A program made the position numbers and the translations under genes. A DNA stretch of 60,808 nt, filler included. It is 6 parts of 6 records of this genome, joined end to end, with 100 filler letters (N's around TTAATTAATTAA, not from the genome) between each part and the next. Parts side by side here need not be neighbours in the genome. Positions count along the whole stretch, not along the records: positions 12,162 to 26,624 come from SRR31156797_3210; positions 26,725 to 37,178 come from SRR31156797_3214; 4 more parts are not named here. One strand, 5' to 3'. This document shows, piece after piece, positions 20,165 through 30,327 of the stretch. The notes below the pieces were generated by a model. It worked only from the letters and a program-made list of their open reading frames with translations, had not been told where the DNA came from and searched no databases. The first letter of the stretch is position 1. Each line of letters begins with the position of its first letter.

Positions 20165-20724
20165 AGCTCTAAACCTTTTTTACTAAAAAGAGATTTTACT
20201 TCATCTAAAGGGTGGGTTTGTATGGTATTGATCGCTTCGATAATATGTTTAAAATGTTCACTCATATGTTGAAACTCCTCTTTTGAGAAGTTTGAAAGCA
20301 CATAGTGTGCCACATCCTCTTTATGTTTGGGTTTTCCAATCCCTATTCGAACTCTTATATAGTCTGATCCAATATGAGAATCTATAGATCGCAAACCATT
20401 ATGACCACCATGCCCTCCGCCTCGTTTGAACTTTACTGCACCAAACTTTAGATCAAGATCATCATGGATAATTATAATATTTTCATTGGCAATATCGTAA
20501 TAATCTGCAATATTTTTAATTGCTACTCCAGAATTATTCATAAAGGTTTGTGGTTTAGAATATATGTTAGAATTATTTTTAAAAGTAAGTGATTGGAAGT
20601 TTTTATTATTTATTGTAGAGACATTTTGGTTTCTGATTATTTCATCAATAATCAAAAAACCAATATTGTGTCTAGTTTGTGTGTATTTATCACCTGGATT
20701 ACCAAGTCCGGCGATTAGATGCAT
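20161..20724 (-). CDS. pth: Peptidyl-tRNA hydrolase
   Basis: GLGNPG..Y..TRHNIGF, KPQTFMNNSG, HDDLD, GGHNGLRSI, RVRIGIG. Confidence 0.97.
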   Translation of the reverse strand: MHLIAGLGNPGDKYTQTRHNIGFLIIDEIIRNQNVSTINNKNFQSLTFKNNSNIYSKPQTFMNNSGVAIKNIADYYDIANENIIIIHDDLDLKFGAVKFKRGGGHGGHNGLRSIDSHIGSDYIRVRIGIGKPKHKEDVAHYVLSNFSKEEFQHMSEHFKHIIEAINTIQTHPLDEVKSLFSKKGLEL

Positions 20725-20735
20725 CAGTGTTTTAA

Positions 20736-21272
20736 CTACTTAGCTTTAATAACACCAACAACTGGTACTCTTGGGTCTAAGAAACACTCAACACCAGTAG
20801 GCATTTCAATATCTCTTACTAAGAAGTTATCACCAGTATCTAAATCAGTTACATTAAAATGGAATGATTCAGGTAAGTTTTCAATTGTACATTTAACAGC
20901 AACTCTTCTTCTATGGAATGCTAAAAGACCTTTATTTTTAAGCCCTTTTGGAGTTCCTTCAGTTGTTACTGGAACCATATAAGTAGTTCTAACACCTGGT
21001 TGAGCTACCATAAGATCAACGTGGATAAGTTGAGAAGATACTGGATCTTTTTGGTACTCTTGTACCACAACTTTATAAGTTGTTCCAGAAACTTCAACGT
21101 CAAATGCCACTGTTTCTTTAGACTTCATGAATCTAATATAATCATTTAATTTAAAAGCAGCATTTACGTTCTCCATACCTTTCCCGTAAATGTTGGCAAT
21201 TAGATAACCATCTCGTCTTAACTGTTTTGTAGATTGTTTTGCGATACTATCTCTAAGTATACCTTGTAACAT
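20736..21272 (-). CDS. rplY: 50S ribosomal protein L25/Ctc
   Basis: [30 protein letters not shown]-terminal beta domain; directly upstream of pth. Confidence 0.95.
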   Translation of the reverse strand: MLQGILRDSIAKQSTKQLRRDGYLIANIYGKGMENVNAAFKLNDYIRFMKSKETVAFDVEVSGTTYKVVVQEYQKDPVSSQLIHVDLMVAQPGVRTTYMVPVTTEGTPKGLKNKGLLAFHRRRVAVKCTIENLPESFHFNVTDLDTGDNFLVRDIEMPTGVECFLDPRVPVVGVIKAK

Positions 21273-21370
21273 CTCTTTTCCTTGTAGTAATTTATAAACG
21301 CGAATTTTATCTAAATGAAGTTTAATTTTAATTTAAAGAATATTAATTTTGTAAATTATTCTAAAATTTT

Positions 21371-22717
21371 TTAAAGAATTACAGTAACTTGTGTCCCTTT
21401 ATTTTCAGTGGAACTTATCTGTAACATTCCATTATGAAGATCAATACTATTTTTCACAATAGACAGACCTAGTCCAAACCCTTTTATTTTCTTATTTCTC
21501 GATTGGTCTGCTCTATAAAATCTATCAGTTACTTTTTCTAATAGCTCTGATTTTATTCCCATCCCTTGATCTTGGATAATAAAGTTGATATTTTGTTGAT
21601 CTTTAAATAAAAAGATCGTAATAGTTGTATTCTCTTCACTATATTTAATAGCATTATCGATTAAGTTTGTAAAAATAGACATTAAAAGAGTGTTATTTCC
21701 CTCTATTTGTAAAGGTTGTAGTTTTTTAATATCTACTTTTATGTTTTTTTCTTTGAGCTTTTGAGAGAATTTTTCTAAAGTAGTGATAATGCAGTTATCA
21801 AGATCAATGGTTTCAAAGGTTTGTTTGATATTTTCATGATTATACTTTGTCAAAAGTAAAAGATTATCTACAATATGTTGAATCTGTTCTGTTTCGTTTG
21901 CTATTACACTTAAAGAGTGTTCATAATACTCTGGATCTCTTTTTTTATTCAAAGTGATCTCAATCTCTCCTCGAATAACAGTAAGAGGGGTTTTAAGCTC
22001 ATGGGAAACATCACTATTAAACTGCTCTAAAGTATCAACTCCACTTTTTAAACGTTGGATCATCTTATTAAAAGCATCTACAAGGTCTTGTATCTCATCA
22101 GTATACTTCGCTTGAGGGATCTTTTTAGTAAGATCGCTTACATAGATATCATTGGCTGTATTTGTGATCTTTTGAATTGATTTTAATACCTTGTCGATCA
22201 CTTTACTAGCCATAAATATAAGGATAAATAGCAAGATTGGCTCTAAAATAAAAAGGATATGTTTGATCTCTTTTAGATCATCATCTATCTTTTCATCGAT
22301 TTTATGTTCATAAAATAAAATAGCCCCTTGGAAAGGAACAGAGATATTTAATATATAAAGACCATTTAGATCAACCCCTTGTCTAAATACAAAAAAAGAC
22401 TCTTTTTTTTCGGTAAACTGAATAAATTGAGAAAGGTTCGTTTCCCCTTTATGAAAGATGATCTTTTTATCTTTAATAATAGCAACATCTACATTGGCAA
22501 GCTCTTTATCTTTTAAAAGCTCATTGATAGGGATCCCTAATAGAAGATTTTTATTGATAAAAACAGCTTTTGTATAAAGCTTATTTTGGATACTTAATTT
22601 TGTATTCTCTTCTAAAAATTGGTAGATGAGGACATTAAAAATAATAAGTACTATACCTGTAATAGCACCAAACCAAACTAAAAGTTTTGTTTTAATACTT
22701 TTAAATTTAAACTTCAA
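21371..22717 (-). CDS. HAMP sensor histidine kinase
   Basis: Two TM, HAMP, SHELKTPL, NLIDNAIKY, DQGMGI, RFYRAD, GFGLGL. Confidence 0.93.
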   Translation of the reverse strand: MKFKFKSIKTKLLVWFGAITGIVLIIFNVLIYQFLEENTKLSIQNKLYTKAVFINKNLLLGIPINELLKDKELANVDVAIIKDKKIIFHKGETNLSQFIQFTEKKESFFVFRQGVDLNGLYILNISVPFQGAILFYEHKIDEKIDDDLKEIKHILFILEPILLFILIFMASKVIDKVLKSIQKITNTANDIYVSDLTKKIPQAKYTDEIQDLVDAFNKMIQRLKSGVDTLEQFNSDVSHELKTPLTVIRGEIEITLNKKRDPEYYEHSLSVIANETEQIQHIVDNLLLLTKYNHENIKQTFETIDLDNCIITTLEKFSQKLKEKNIKVDIKKLQPLQIEGNNTLLMSIFTNLIDNAIKYSEENTTITIFLFKDQQNINFIIQDQGMGIKSELLEKVTDRFYRADQSRNKKIKGFGLGLSIVKNSIDLHNGMLQISSTENKGTQVTVIL

Positions 22718-23363
22718 CTTTGTAACCTAAACCCCGTGAACTTATGATAAACTCTTTTCCTACTTTTTTTCTTAAATTATAGATAGTAACTTGGATCACA
22801 TTACTATTGATATACTCCTCTTCATACCAAAGTTGCTCCTTGATCATCTCATTTGAAACTAAGGCATTTTTATTTTTTACTAAAAATAAAAGAAGTTCAT
22901 ACTCTTTTTGTGTAAGGTTTATCTGTTTATCATCTTGCGTGACTATCTTTTTATCAATATCTATACAGATATTTTTGATACAAATAGTATTACTTCCAGA
23001 ACTCACCGATCGTCTATATAGAGCTAAAACCCTTGCATGAAGCTCTTTAAAACTAAAAGGTTTACTCATATAATCATCAGCCCCTTTGGTAAGTCCTTGT
23101 ACCTTATCATCAATCTTACCTCTTGCAGTGAGCATAATAGTAGGAGTGGTGATCCCTTTATTTTTAATATTTTCTAAAACAGTGATACCGCTTTTAATAG
23201 GAAGCATCCAGTCTAAAATGATCACATCATAAGAGTTTACTGTAGCTAAATACTCTCCATCTTCACCATCACTTGCAGTCTCGACTGTGTAGTGTTCCTC
23301 TTCAAAGCCACGTCTTAAGAGTGCTAGAATATTTTCATCATCTTCTACAATTAATAGTTTCAT
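22707..23363 (-). CDS. OmpR-family response regulator
   Basis: IVEDD, LDWMLP, MLTA, GADDYMSKPF, winged helix LTQKEYELL...NLRKK...RGLGY. Confidence 0.95.
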   Translation of the reverse strand: MKLLIVEDDENILALLRRGFEEEHYTVETASDGEDGEYLATVNSYDVIILDWMLPIKSGITVLENIKNKGITTPTIMLTARGKIDDKVQGLTKGADDYMSKPFSFKELHARVLALYRRSVSSGSNTICIKNICIDIDKKIVTQDDKQINLTQKEYELLLFLVKNKNALVSNEMIKEQLWYEEEYINSNVIQVTIYNLRKKVGKEFIISSRGLGYKVEV

Positions 23364-24187
23364 CTATTTTGCCTTAGAACTAAAAGAGCATCTTTATAGA
23401 TAGGTTCATCTATAAACCCATATTTTTCATCTACAAAACCGCTTGTTCCTTTTTGTTTATTTTGCTCAAAAATCTCTTTGATATAAAAAGCTTTTTCAAT
23501 TGCTGCTTTATCATAGGCAAATACCTCATTGACTATCGAAACTTGAGTTGGTGAAATTGTTGCTTTTGCAGTATATCCCATCTTTTTTACCTTTTCACAC
23601 CAAGCAGTAAACTCTTGGGTATTTTTATAATCTTGATAGGTAAAAGAGATAGGATAAAACCCTACTAGTTTACTATCAACTAAAAACTTTGATAAAATAT
23701 AATCAATTGTTGGATTATCAAGAGTTAAAAGGGATTGAGGAAGTCCAAGGGACTCCATAAGATCAAGTATTCCCAAATAGACTGTTGTCACACGTGAGTC
23801 GATCTTTAAAGCTTTGAGATTATTCAAAGCCTCTTTTGTTTCAATAGAAAGATGTACTTCTATCCCATCATCAATAAGCTCTAAAGCTTTTATCACATCT
23901 TGAACATCTCTTACTTTTGGGATTCGTATAGCATTCGGTTTTAATTTATTGATCACCGAAATATCCTCTGGCGCACATTCATCAAGACTATTTACTCTTA
24001 CCACGGTTTTTAGATTGTCAAATTGTAAAAGAGAATCTTGAAAGTTTTTTGTAAGAAGCTCCCGTGCAAACTGCTTATCATGAACCCCATCTTCAAGGTT
24101 TATCATCGCCACATCACACTCTAAAGTACTTAGCTTATCTAAGTGTTTTTGTTTATCCCCTGCAACCATTAAGTAAGATCTATTCAT
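23360..24187 (-). CDS. CitE/HpcH-family CoA-ester lyase/aldolase
   Basis: RSYLMV, INLEDGV, VVRVN, IPKV, SIET, MGYTAKATISPTQV, FIDEPI. Confidence 0.85.
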   Translation of the reverse strand: MNRSYLMVAGDKQKHLDKLSTLECDVAMINLEDGVHDKQFARELLTKNFQDSLLQFDNLKTVVRVNSLDECAPEDISVINKLKPNAIRIPKVRDVQDVIKALELIDDGIEVHLSIETKEALNNLKALKIDSRVTTVYLGILDLMESLGLPQSLLTLDNPTIDYILSKFLVDSKLVGFYPISFTYQDYKNTQEFTAWCEKVKKMGYTAKATISPTQVSIVNEVFAYDKAAIEKAFYIKEIFEQNKQKGTSGFVDEKYGFIDEPIYKDALLVLRQNR

Positions 24188-24602
24188 ATTTGTCCTTATT
24201 TGTTAGATAAAAGTATATAGATTTTAGCTCACCTTCGGTTAAAAAATAAGTAGGCATAGTGTTTCCATAGGTAAGTTTTTCACAAACTTGCTCTTTTGTA
24301 AACTTTTTTTTTGGAGGTTCAAGCTTTGGATCAAGAGCTTGTAAAAATTGTTCATAGGTGATATCTGTGATATCTCTTGTTTTTAAAACACAATTATATC
24401 TCTTTTTTTTAAGAGTATGGGTAAAGCTTACAATCTTTTTGCCTTTTGCATCACTTCCATGACACTTACTACAGCTTATCCCTCTAGGATTTTTATAAAG
24501 CATTTTTCCATATTCGTATTGGGTAATAAAAGATTCTTCAAAAGTTGTTTCACTTAAAAGTGATGATAAGAAAAATAAGAGTAGGGCTAAAAGTTTAATC
24601 AT
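24180..24602 (-). CDS. Periplasmic monoheme cytochrome c
   Basis: Signal peptide MIKLLALLLFF, ITQYEYGKMLYKNPRGISCSKCH, distal Met in NTMPTYFLT. ORF track start 24674 is probably too long. Confidence 0.85.
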   Translation of the reverse strand: MIKLLALLLFFLSSLLSETTFEESFITQYEYGKMLYKNPRGISCSKCHGSDAKGKKIVSFTHTLKKKRYNCVLKTRDITDITYEQFLQALDPKLEPPKKKFTKEQVCEKLTYGNTMPTYFLTEGELKSIYFYLTNKDKYE

Positions 24603-24692
24603 ACTTGCAAGTTTACCAATAAGTTTCTTTATAGAAAATTTTAGATAAAATCGCCAATATTTATAAACAAACAAATTTCTACAGGAGTACGC

Positions 24693-26054
24693 TTGGTAAC
24701 CTTAAAAGAAGCATTAACTTACAATGAAGATCAACTCAAAGAGTTAAAAGAAGAGTTAAAAAAGAATATAGAAGCTAATAAACATTTAGGTGCATATATT
24801 GAGCAGTTAACAGATACAGAGGTTAAAGACTCAAATAGTGGTGTACCAATTGCTATAAAGGATAATATCAATATTAAAAGTTGGGAGATGACATGTAGTA
24901 GTAATATCCTAAAAGGATATATCGCTCCATACAATGCAACAGTTATTGAGAATTTAGAAAAAAATGGATTGTGTGCCTTTGGTAGAACCAATATGGATGA
25001 GTTTGCTATGGGAAGTACTACAGCAACAAGTTGCTACGGAAATACTTTAAATCCAGTGGATAATACAAAAGTACCAGGTGGAAGCTCAGGTGGAAGTGCA
25101 GCAGCAGTTGCCGCTGGACTTGCAGTTGCCGCTTTAGGAACTGATACTGGTGGATCTATTCGTCAACCTGCCGCTTTTTGTGGATGTGTGGGGATGAAAC
25201 CTACATATGGAAGAGTTTCAAGATATGGAATTGCTGCGTATAGTTCATCGCTTGATCAGTGTGGACCAATCACTCAAAATGTAGAAGATGCAGCGATCCT
25301 TTATGATATTATCTCAGGATATGATCCAAAAGATTCAACAAGTGCAGATGTAGAATATATACCAGTTGCTCCAAACCTTGATGGTTCAAAAAAATTTACA
25401 ATTGCAGTGATTGATAACTTTATCGAAGAAGCAAGTGATGAGATCAAAACAGCTATGCAAAAGACTATTAAGACTTTAGAAGAAGCAGGGCATACAATAA
25501 TACATAAAAATATGATGGATACAAAAAATATCCTATCTTCATATTATATCGTTGCAACGGCAGAAGCTAGTGCAAACCTAAGTAGATATGATGGGATCAG
25601 ATATGGAAATAGAGTAGAAGCAAAGAATCTTAAAGAGACTTATACAAAAACAAAAAGTGAAGGTTTTGGGGCTGAGGTTCAAAAAAGAATTATGCTTGGA
25701 TCATTTGTATTAAGTTCTGGGTATTATGATGCATACTATATCAAAGCTCAAAAAGTAAGACATTTGATCAAAGATGAGTTTGATAAGATCTTTAAGCAAG
25801 CTGATCTTATCTTAAACCCTGTAGCTCCTACTACAGCTCCAAAGTTTGGAGCATTTGCAAGTTCACTTGAAATGTATCTAAGTGATATTTATACTATCTC
25901 AATTAATCTTGCAGGTCTTCCAGCTATTTCACTTCCTGTAGATAGAGATAGTGAAGGGATGCCAATAGGACTTCAACTCATTGGTAAAGCATATGATGAG
26001 CAAACAGTTTTTGATGGAGCATTTAGCTTAGAGCAAAATATTGCTTATAGCTAA
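24693..26054 (+). CDS. gatA: Asp/Glu-tRNA amidotransferase subunit A
   Basis: [56 protein letters not shown]. Confidence 0.98.
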   Translation: MVTLKEALTYNEDQLKELKEELKKNIEANKHLGAYIEQLTDTEVKDSNSGVPIAIKDNINIKSWEMTCSSNILKGYIAPYNATVIENLEKNGLCAFGRTNMDEFAMGSTTATSCYGNTLNPVDNTKVPGGSSGGSAAAVAAGLAVAALGTDTGGSIRQPAAFCGCVGMKPTYGRVSRYGIAAYSSSLDQCGPITQNVEDAAILYDIISGYDPKDSTSADVEYIPVAPNLDGSKKFTIAVIDNFIEEASDEIKTAMQKTIKTLEEAGHTIIHKNMMDTKNILSSYYIVATAEASANLSRYDGIRYGNRVEAKNLKETYTKTKSEGFGAEVQKRIMLGSFVLSSGYYDAYYIKAQKVRHLIKDEFDKIFKQADLILNPVAPTTAPKFGAFASSLEMYLSDIYTISINLAGLPAISLPVDRDSEGMPIGLQLIGKAYDEQTVFDGAFSLEQNIAYS

Positions 26055-26080
26055 AGAGACAAAGATAAAAAAGTAGAGTT

Positions 26081-26624
26081 ATGTTTAAATTCATCCTTAT
26101 TACTTTTTTATCGACACAGGCTCTTTTTTCCTATTTATTACCTATTACGCAAACATCATATTCTAAAGTTTATAATACTTTTGGAAAAAAAGCGATCGAT
26201 AGAGTACGGTTTATTCAACATGAGATAGGAAAGATATCTACTAGGACAACTAGTACGTATACAAAACTCTCAATGGTCAATCAATTGATCAATAAAATAA
26301 GTTATAAAAAAGATTATGCACATTGGGGTAATGATTTTAATGCTACATTGGTAGAACTTATTGCTTCAGGAGCAGGGGATTCTTTAGATTTTGCTTTTGC
26401 AAAATATACACTTTTGGTAAAACTAGGACTTGATCCTAAGAAGTTTCGATTTTTTCAAACAAAGAGAAATGTCAATTCAAAACTCTATGATCAAAAATAT
26501 TATGTCCTAGGATATTATGCTGATAATCAAAAAGATCTTATGGTTTTAGATTGTTATACCAATAAACTCACTTTAATAAAGCCACAATATTCAAGAAAAT
26601 ATAAAGAGGTAAAGGTCTCTTTAT
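26081..26624 (+). CDS. LapG/BTLCP (transglutaminase-like peptidase C93) homologue with substituted catalytic residues; 3' end cut by the contig edge
   Basis: Signal peptide; KL..VN...N, Y..D..HWG, AT..E...SGAGDSLDFAFAKY (family GDCEDYAIAKY), YYVLGYY (family HMVLAYY), VLD. Confidence 0.75.
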
Positions 26625-26724
26625 NNNNNNNNNNNNNNNNNNNNNNNNNNNNNNNNNNNNNNNNNNNNTTAATTAATTAANNNNNNNNNNNNNNNNNNNN
26701 NNNNNNNNNNNNNNNNNNNNNNNN
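26625..26724. other. Artificial contig spacer
   Basis: Same N44-TTAATTAATTAA-N44 linker. Confidence 0.98.
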
Positions 26725-27051
26725 TTTATGATTAAAAATACTAGAGAGAAAGATTTAGCGCTATTTTATAGAATAAAAAAAGAAGAAAACCCTAAAAATA
26801 TTGACGATGTGCCATTAACTCTTTTAATGCCTGCATTTATTGTAAGTGAGCTTAAGACAGCATTTGAAATAGGTTTCTTAATCTTCTTACCTTTCTTAGT
26901 AATTGATATTATTGTAGCATCTATTTTAATGTCCTTGGGTATGATGATGCTTCCACCTGTTATGATTTCTCTGCCCATAAAGATAATTTTCTTTATTGTA
27001 ATTGATGGTTGGGCATTAATTATTGGAAACCTCGCCCAGTCCTTTAAGTGA
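26725..27051 (+). CDS. fliP: Flagellar export pore protein FliP, 5'-truncated
   Basis: FMIKNTREKDL, LMPAFIVSELKTAFEIGF, LGMMMLPPVMISLP, DGW. Confidence 0.95.
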   Translation, partial: FMIKNTREKDLALFYRIKKEENPKNIDDVPLTLLMPAFIVSELKTAFEIGFLIFLPFLVIDIIVASILMSLGMMMLPPVMISLPIKIIFFIVIDGWALIIGNLAQSFK

Positions 27052-27052
27052 C

Positions 27053-29674
27053 TTATTCAAAGGTGTAAGGTATTTCTATAAAGAACTTTGCACCATTCTT
27101 TGTATTCTCTACATAAAGTTTTCCCCTTAAACTCTCAGTAACAATTTTATAACTCATATGTAACCCTAAACCTGTACCTTGTGATTTATGTTTTGTAGTA
27201 AAATATGGATCAAAAATTTTATCAATTATCTTTTCAGGAATTCCCTTTGCATTATCTTCAATAGTTAATAAAAAGTATTTCTCTTTTTTCTCTAAATTTA
27301 GTTCTACCCATGGCTCTTTTATATCATTTTCTTTAATTGCATCCTTGGCATTATTTATTATATTTATAAGCACTTGGTCTAACTCTCCTACTATTGTAGT
27401 AAAGGTAAATTTTTCTTCATCTATATTATTTTTTAATTTAATATGTCTGCTCTTTAATGAGTCACTTACAATACTAATTACTAAATTTAACCTATCTTGT
27501 AAAACAACCTCTTTCAACTCTTTTTTCTCTTTTAGAAAATTTCTAAAGGTTTCAATTGTATTTGATAAATATTTTGTAGTACTAACTATACGATTCATAT
27601 CCTCTGATATTGTATTATATTCAGGTTTATTTCCTAAATCTATATTCAAACTAATACCTGAAGAAATAGTAGAGATTGTACTTAAAGGCTGTCTCCATTG
27701 GTGAGCTATATTCTCTATCATTTCTCCCATTTGTGCTTGTTTTGTTTGTGACTCTAATTGTTTTATATGAGTAATATCAATTACACTTATTACTCTAATA
27801 TTCTTATCTTTTAAGCTTGAGTCCCTAAATAAAGCATGAAACTTACTTCCATCTTTTCTTTGTGCTAAAAGCTCAATATTATCTTCAAAATTCTCTCTTT
27901 CTTTATATGCTAACTCTTTTGATTCCCTTGAAATAAAATCATCAAAAGTCATACCTTTCATATCTTTTTTATTAAGATAAGCAAATATCTTTACCGCACT
28001 TTCATTTGAATCTACTAACTTATCTTCTTTAAAAATCAGTATTGCTTCCATTGTAGAATCAATTAATTGAGAAAACTCATTAATAGATTTTTTCATTAGG
28101 TATTGTTTATAGATAAAAAGTAAAAGAACCAAAGTGAAAAATAAAAGAATTTTCCATATCAAACTGTAATCAATAGTTTTCTCATATTTTATAACAATCC
28201 AGTTATTAAGTATTTTCTGTTTTTGCTCTACACTTACACTATTTATTAGTTTTTCCATAATATCAACTAAAATAGGTTCATCTTTTCTTACACCAGAACT
28301 TAGATTCCAATATATATCAGCTTCTCCAGCTATTTTTAGCTGAGTTTTTTGCTCTGATTGAAGAGTATGGCTAATTGTTGCAAAAGAGTCTACATATCCA
28401 AAAACCTCTCCTTTTGCTACTAAGTCTAAACCCTTTGAAATATTATCAACATACACTATATTTAGTTTAGGATATTTTTTTAATAAACTCTTTGCTACAC
28501 CATAACCTTTTACAATTGCTATTTTTCTATCTCCTAAATTGTTAAAGTTATCAATAAATGAAATATCTAATTTTGTGGCAATTACAATTGGTATTTTTAA
28601 ATATGCAGATGTAAAGTTAAAAAATTGTTCCCTCTCTTTTGTATGAGTTATAAAAGATACCATATCACATTTCTTATTTTTCATATATTCTAAGGATTGA
28701 CTCCATGAGTCTGTTTTTACTGTATTGAATTTCAATCCAGACTCTTGTGAAAAAAGTTTAAAATAATCGGCACTAAGACCAATATGATTACCTCTTTTAT
28801 CAAAACTCTCATAAGGTAACCAATCTGGATCAATACATAGATTTATACTCTTTTTCCTATCTAAGTACTCTTGTTCTTTTTCATTAAAAATAACATTTGA
28901 ACTATTAGCTTTTCCAAACCACTTTTTATTTAATTCTTCAATATCATCAATTGAAGTATTATCATAGGCTTTATTTATTATTGAAATTAAAATAGAATTT
29001 TCTTTAAGTGCAGCATAATGATGATTATTAAGTCTTGCTCCATACATATTTTTAACAGAGTTTGAAATTTTTAAATTAGTATATCCATACTTTTTGATAT
29101 AGTAGTTAGCTACATTATTACTATTTACTATGGCATCAATTTCACCAATACTTAAGGCATTTAGTTTCTCTTCAATATTTTCATAAAATACCATTTTAAT
29201 TTGAGGAAATCTTTTAAAAAACTCTACTTCACCCCAACCTTTTGAAACACCTACTTTTTTACCAAAAAGTTTATCTATATTATCGATATCTTTTTCATTT
29301 TTTCTAATTATATAACTTTGAATAACTTTAGAATAACCAGTAGAAAAAGAGATTGTTTTTTCTCTTTCTTTAGTTTTATAAATTGTATGAATAATATCTA
29401 GTTTTCCACTGTATAAGTCTTCTAACAATTGAGTCCAAGGCTTTGTTGAATATTTAATCTTAAGCCCTGTATCTTTTAAAATAAGTTCCAATAGGTCAAT
29501 TGAGTATCCTGATGGTTTTCCATTTCGATTAAAATCATAAGGTTCATAATCAAACTCATTGGAAACAGTAATAAACTTCTTATTTTTTATATATTTTAGT
29601 TCTTCATCATTGAATATACTTTTAGAAAATAAAACACTAGAAAGAAAAAGTAAAATAGAAAGTAACTTAATCAT
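27053..29674 (-). CDS. Sensor histidine kinase with two periplasmic solute-binding domains and a PAS domain
   Basis: Two PBPb repeats (DYEPYDF / DWLPYES), TM, PAS, MGEMIENIAHQWRQPL, NIINNAKDA, FDPYFTTK, GTGLGL. Confidence 0.92.
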   Translation of the reverse strand: MIKLLSILLFLSSVLFSKSIFNDEELKYIKNKKFITVSNEFDYEPYDFNRNGKPSGYSIDLLELILKDTGLKIKYSTKPWTQLLEDLYSGKLDIIHTIYKTKEREKTISFSTGYSKVIQSYIIRKNEKDIDNIDKLFGKKVGVSKGWGEVEFFKRFPQIKMVFYENIEEKLNALSIGEIDAIVNSNNVANYYIKKYGYTNLKISNSVKNMYGARLNNHHYAALKENSILISIINKAYDNTSIDDIEELNKKWFGKANSSNVIFNEKEQEYLDRKKSINLCIDPDWLPYESFDKRGNHIGLSADYFKLFSQESGLKFNTVKTDSWSQSLEYMKNKKCDMVSFITHTKEREQFFNFTSAYLKIPIVIATKLDISFIDNFNNLGDRKIAIVKGYGVAKSLLKKYPKLNIVYVDNISKGLDLVAKGEVFGYVDSFATISHTLQSEQKTQLKIAGEADIYWNLSSGVRKDEPILVDIMEKLINSVSVEQKQKILNNWIVIKYEKTIDYSLIWKILLFFTLVLLLFIYKQYLMKKSINEFSQLIDSTMEAILIFKEDKLVDSNESAVKIFAYLNKKDMKGMTFDDFISRESKELAYKERENFEDNIELLAQRKDGSKFHALFRDSSLKDKNIRVISVIDITHIKQLESQTKQAQMGEMIENIAHQWRQPLSTISTISSGISLNIDLGNKPEYNTISEDMNRIVSTTKYLSNTIETFRNFLKEKKELKEVVLQDRLNLVISIVSDSLKSRHIKLKNNIDEEKFTFTTIVGELDQVLINIINNAKDAIKENDIKEPWVELNLEKKEKYFLLTIEDNAKGIPEKIIDKIFDPYFTTKHKSQGTGLGLHMSYKIVTESLRGKLYVENTKNGAKFFIEIPYTFE

Positions 29675-29751
29675 AATATAATCTTTTATAATAATGTTAT
29701 ATTATAGTATATACTTCTTCCTTATAAATAAGTAATAAAAAAAAAGTTATT

Positions 29752-30099
29752 TTATATAAAAGTTATTTCATCTTCTTTAGTAGTAATCATACATAAAAAT
29801 TCATAATCACTTCCATAACAGGCTTCATAGTAATGTTCAACTCCTGCTGGAATATAAATAAAGTCACCCTTCTTTGCTTTATACTCTTCAGTTCCTACAA
29901 CTACTTTTGCCTCACCACTTAAAACAAACTGTTGATGTTGTATTATATTTGTATGATTTGGCATTGATCCACCACTTTTTAAAACTATTTTTCTAACAAT
30001 AAAGTCTTTATCTTCATTTGGTGTTAAAACTGCGATACTAGCTTTGTCCGTTTTAGGAATATGGTTTTGTTCAAAACCATTTGAATCTTTTAAATACAT
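29752..30099 (-). CDS. Cupin-domain protein
   Basis: GGSMPNHTN..QHQQFVLSG and GDFIYIPAGVEH motifs. Confidence 0.88.
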   Translation of the reverse strand: MYLKDSNGFEQNHIPKTDKASIAVLTPNEDKDFIVRKIVLKSGGSMPNHTNIIQHQQFVLSGEAKVVVGTEEYKAKKGDFIYIPAGVEHYYEACYGSDYEFLCMITTKEDEITFI

Positions 30100-30156
30100 A
30101 CTTATCCTTTTAAATTTATGAAAAATATTATACTATAAATAAAAGGATTTAATTAA

Positions 30157-30258
30157 ATGGAAAACTTACAGAATGAAATTATAAGCTTTATAGTTATTGC
30201 TATTGTTGTGTTACTTTTGGCACTATTGACTAAAAAAACAGAAGATAAGTATAAATAA
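30157..30258 (+). CDS. Putative 33-aa single-TM small protein (below the ORF-track cutoff)
   Basis: AAAAGGA RBS, then MENLQNEIISFIVIAIVVLLLALLTKKTEDKYK-stop: hydrophobic core and Lys-rich tail. Confidence 0.6.
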   Translation: MENLQNEIISFIVIAIVVLLLALLTKKTEDKYK

Positions 30259-30327
30259 ATTTTTCTTATAATTGTTTTATTTAAATTTTTAATGTATAAT
30301 CCCATTAAATAAACTCTAGGAGCATAT

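Noticed and set aside
14011-26624. Functional link between the HD-GYP module and the LapG-like gene
   Set aside because: They are separated by several kb of unrelated housekeeping genes, and no lapD or adhesin is visible.
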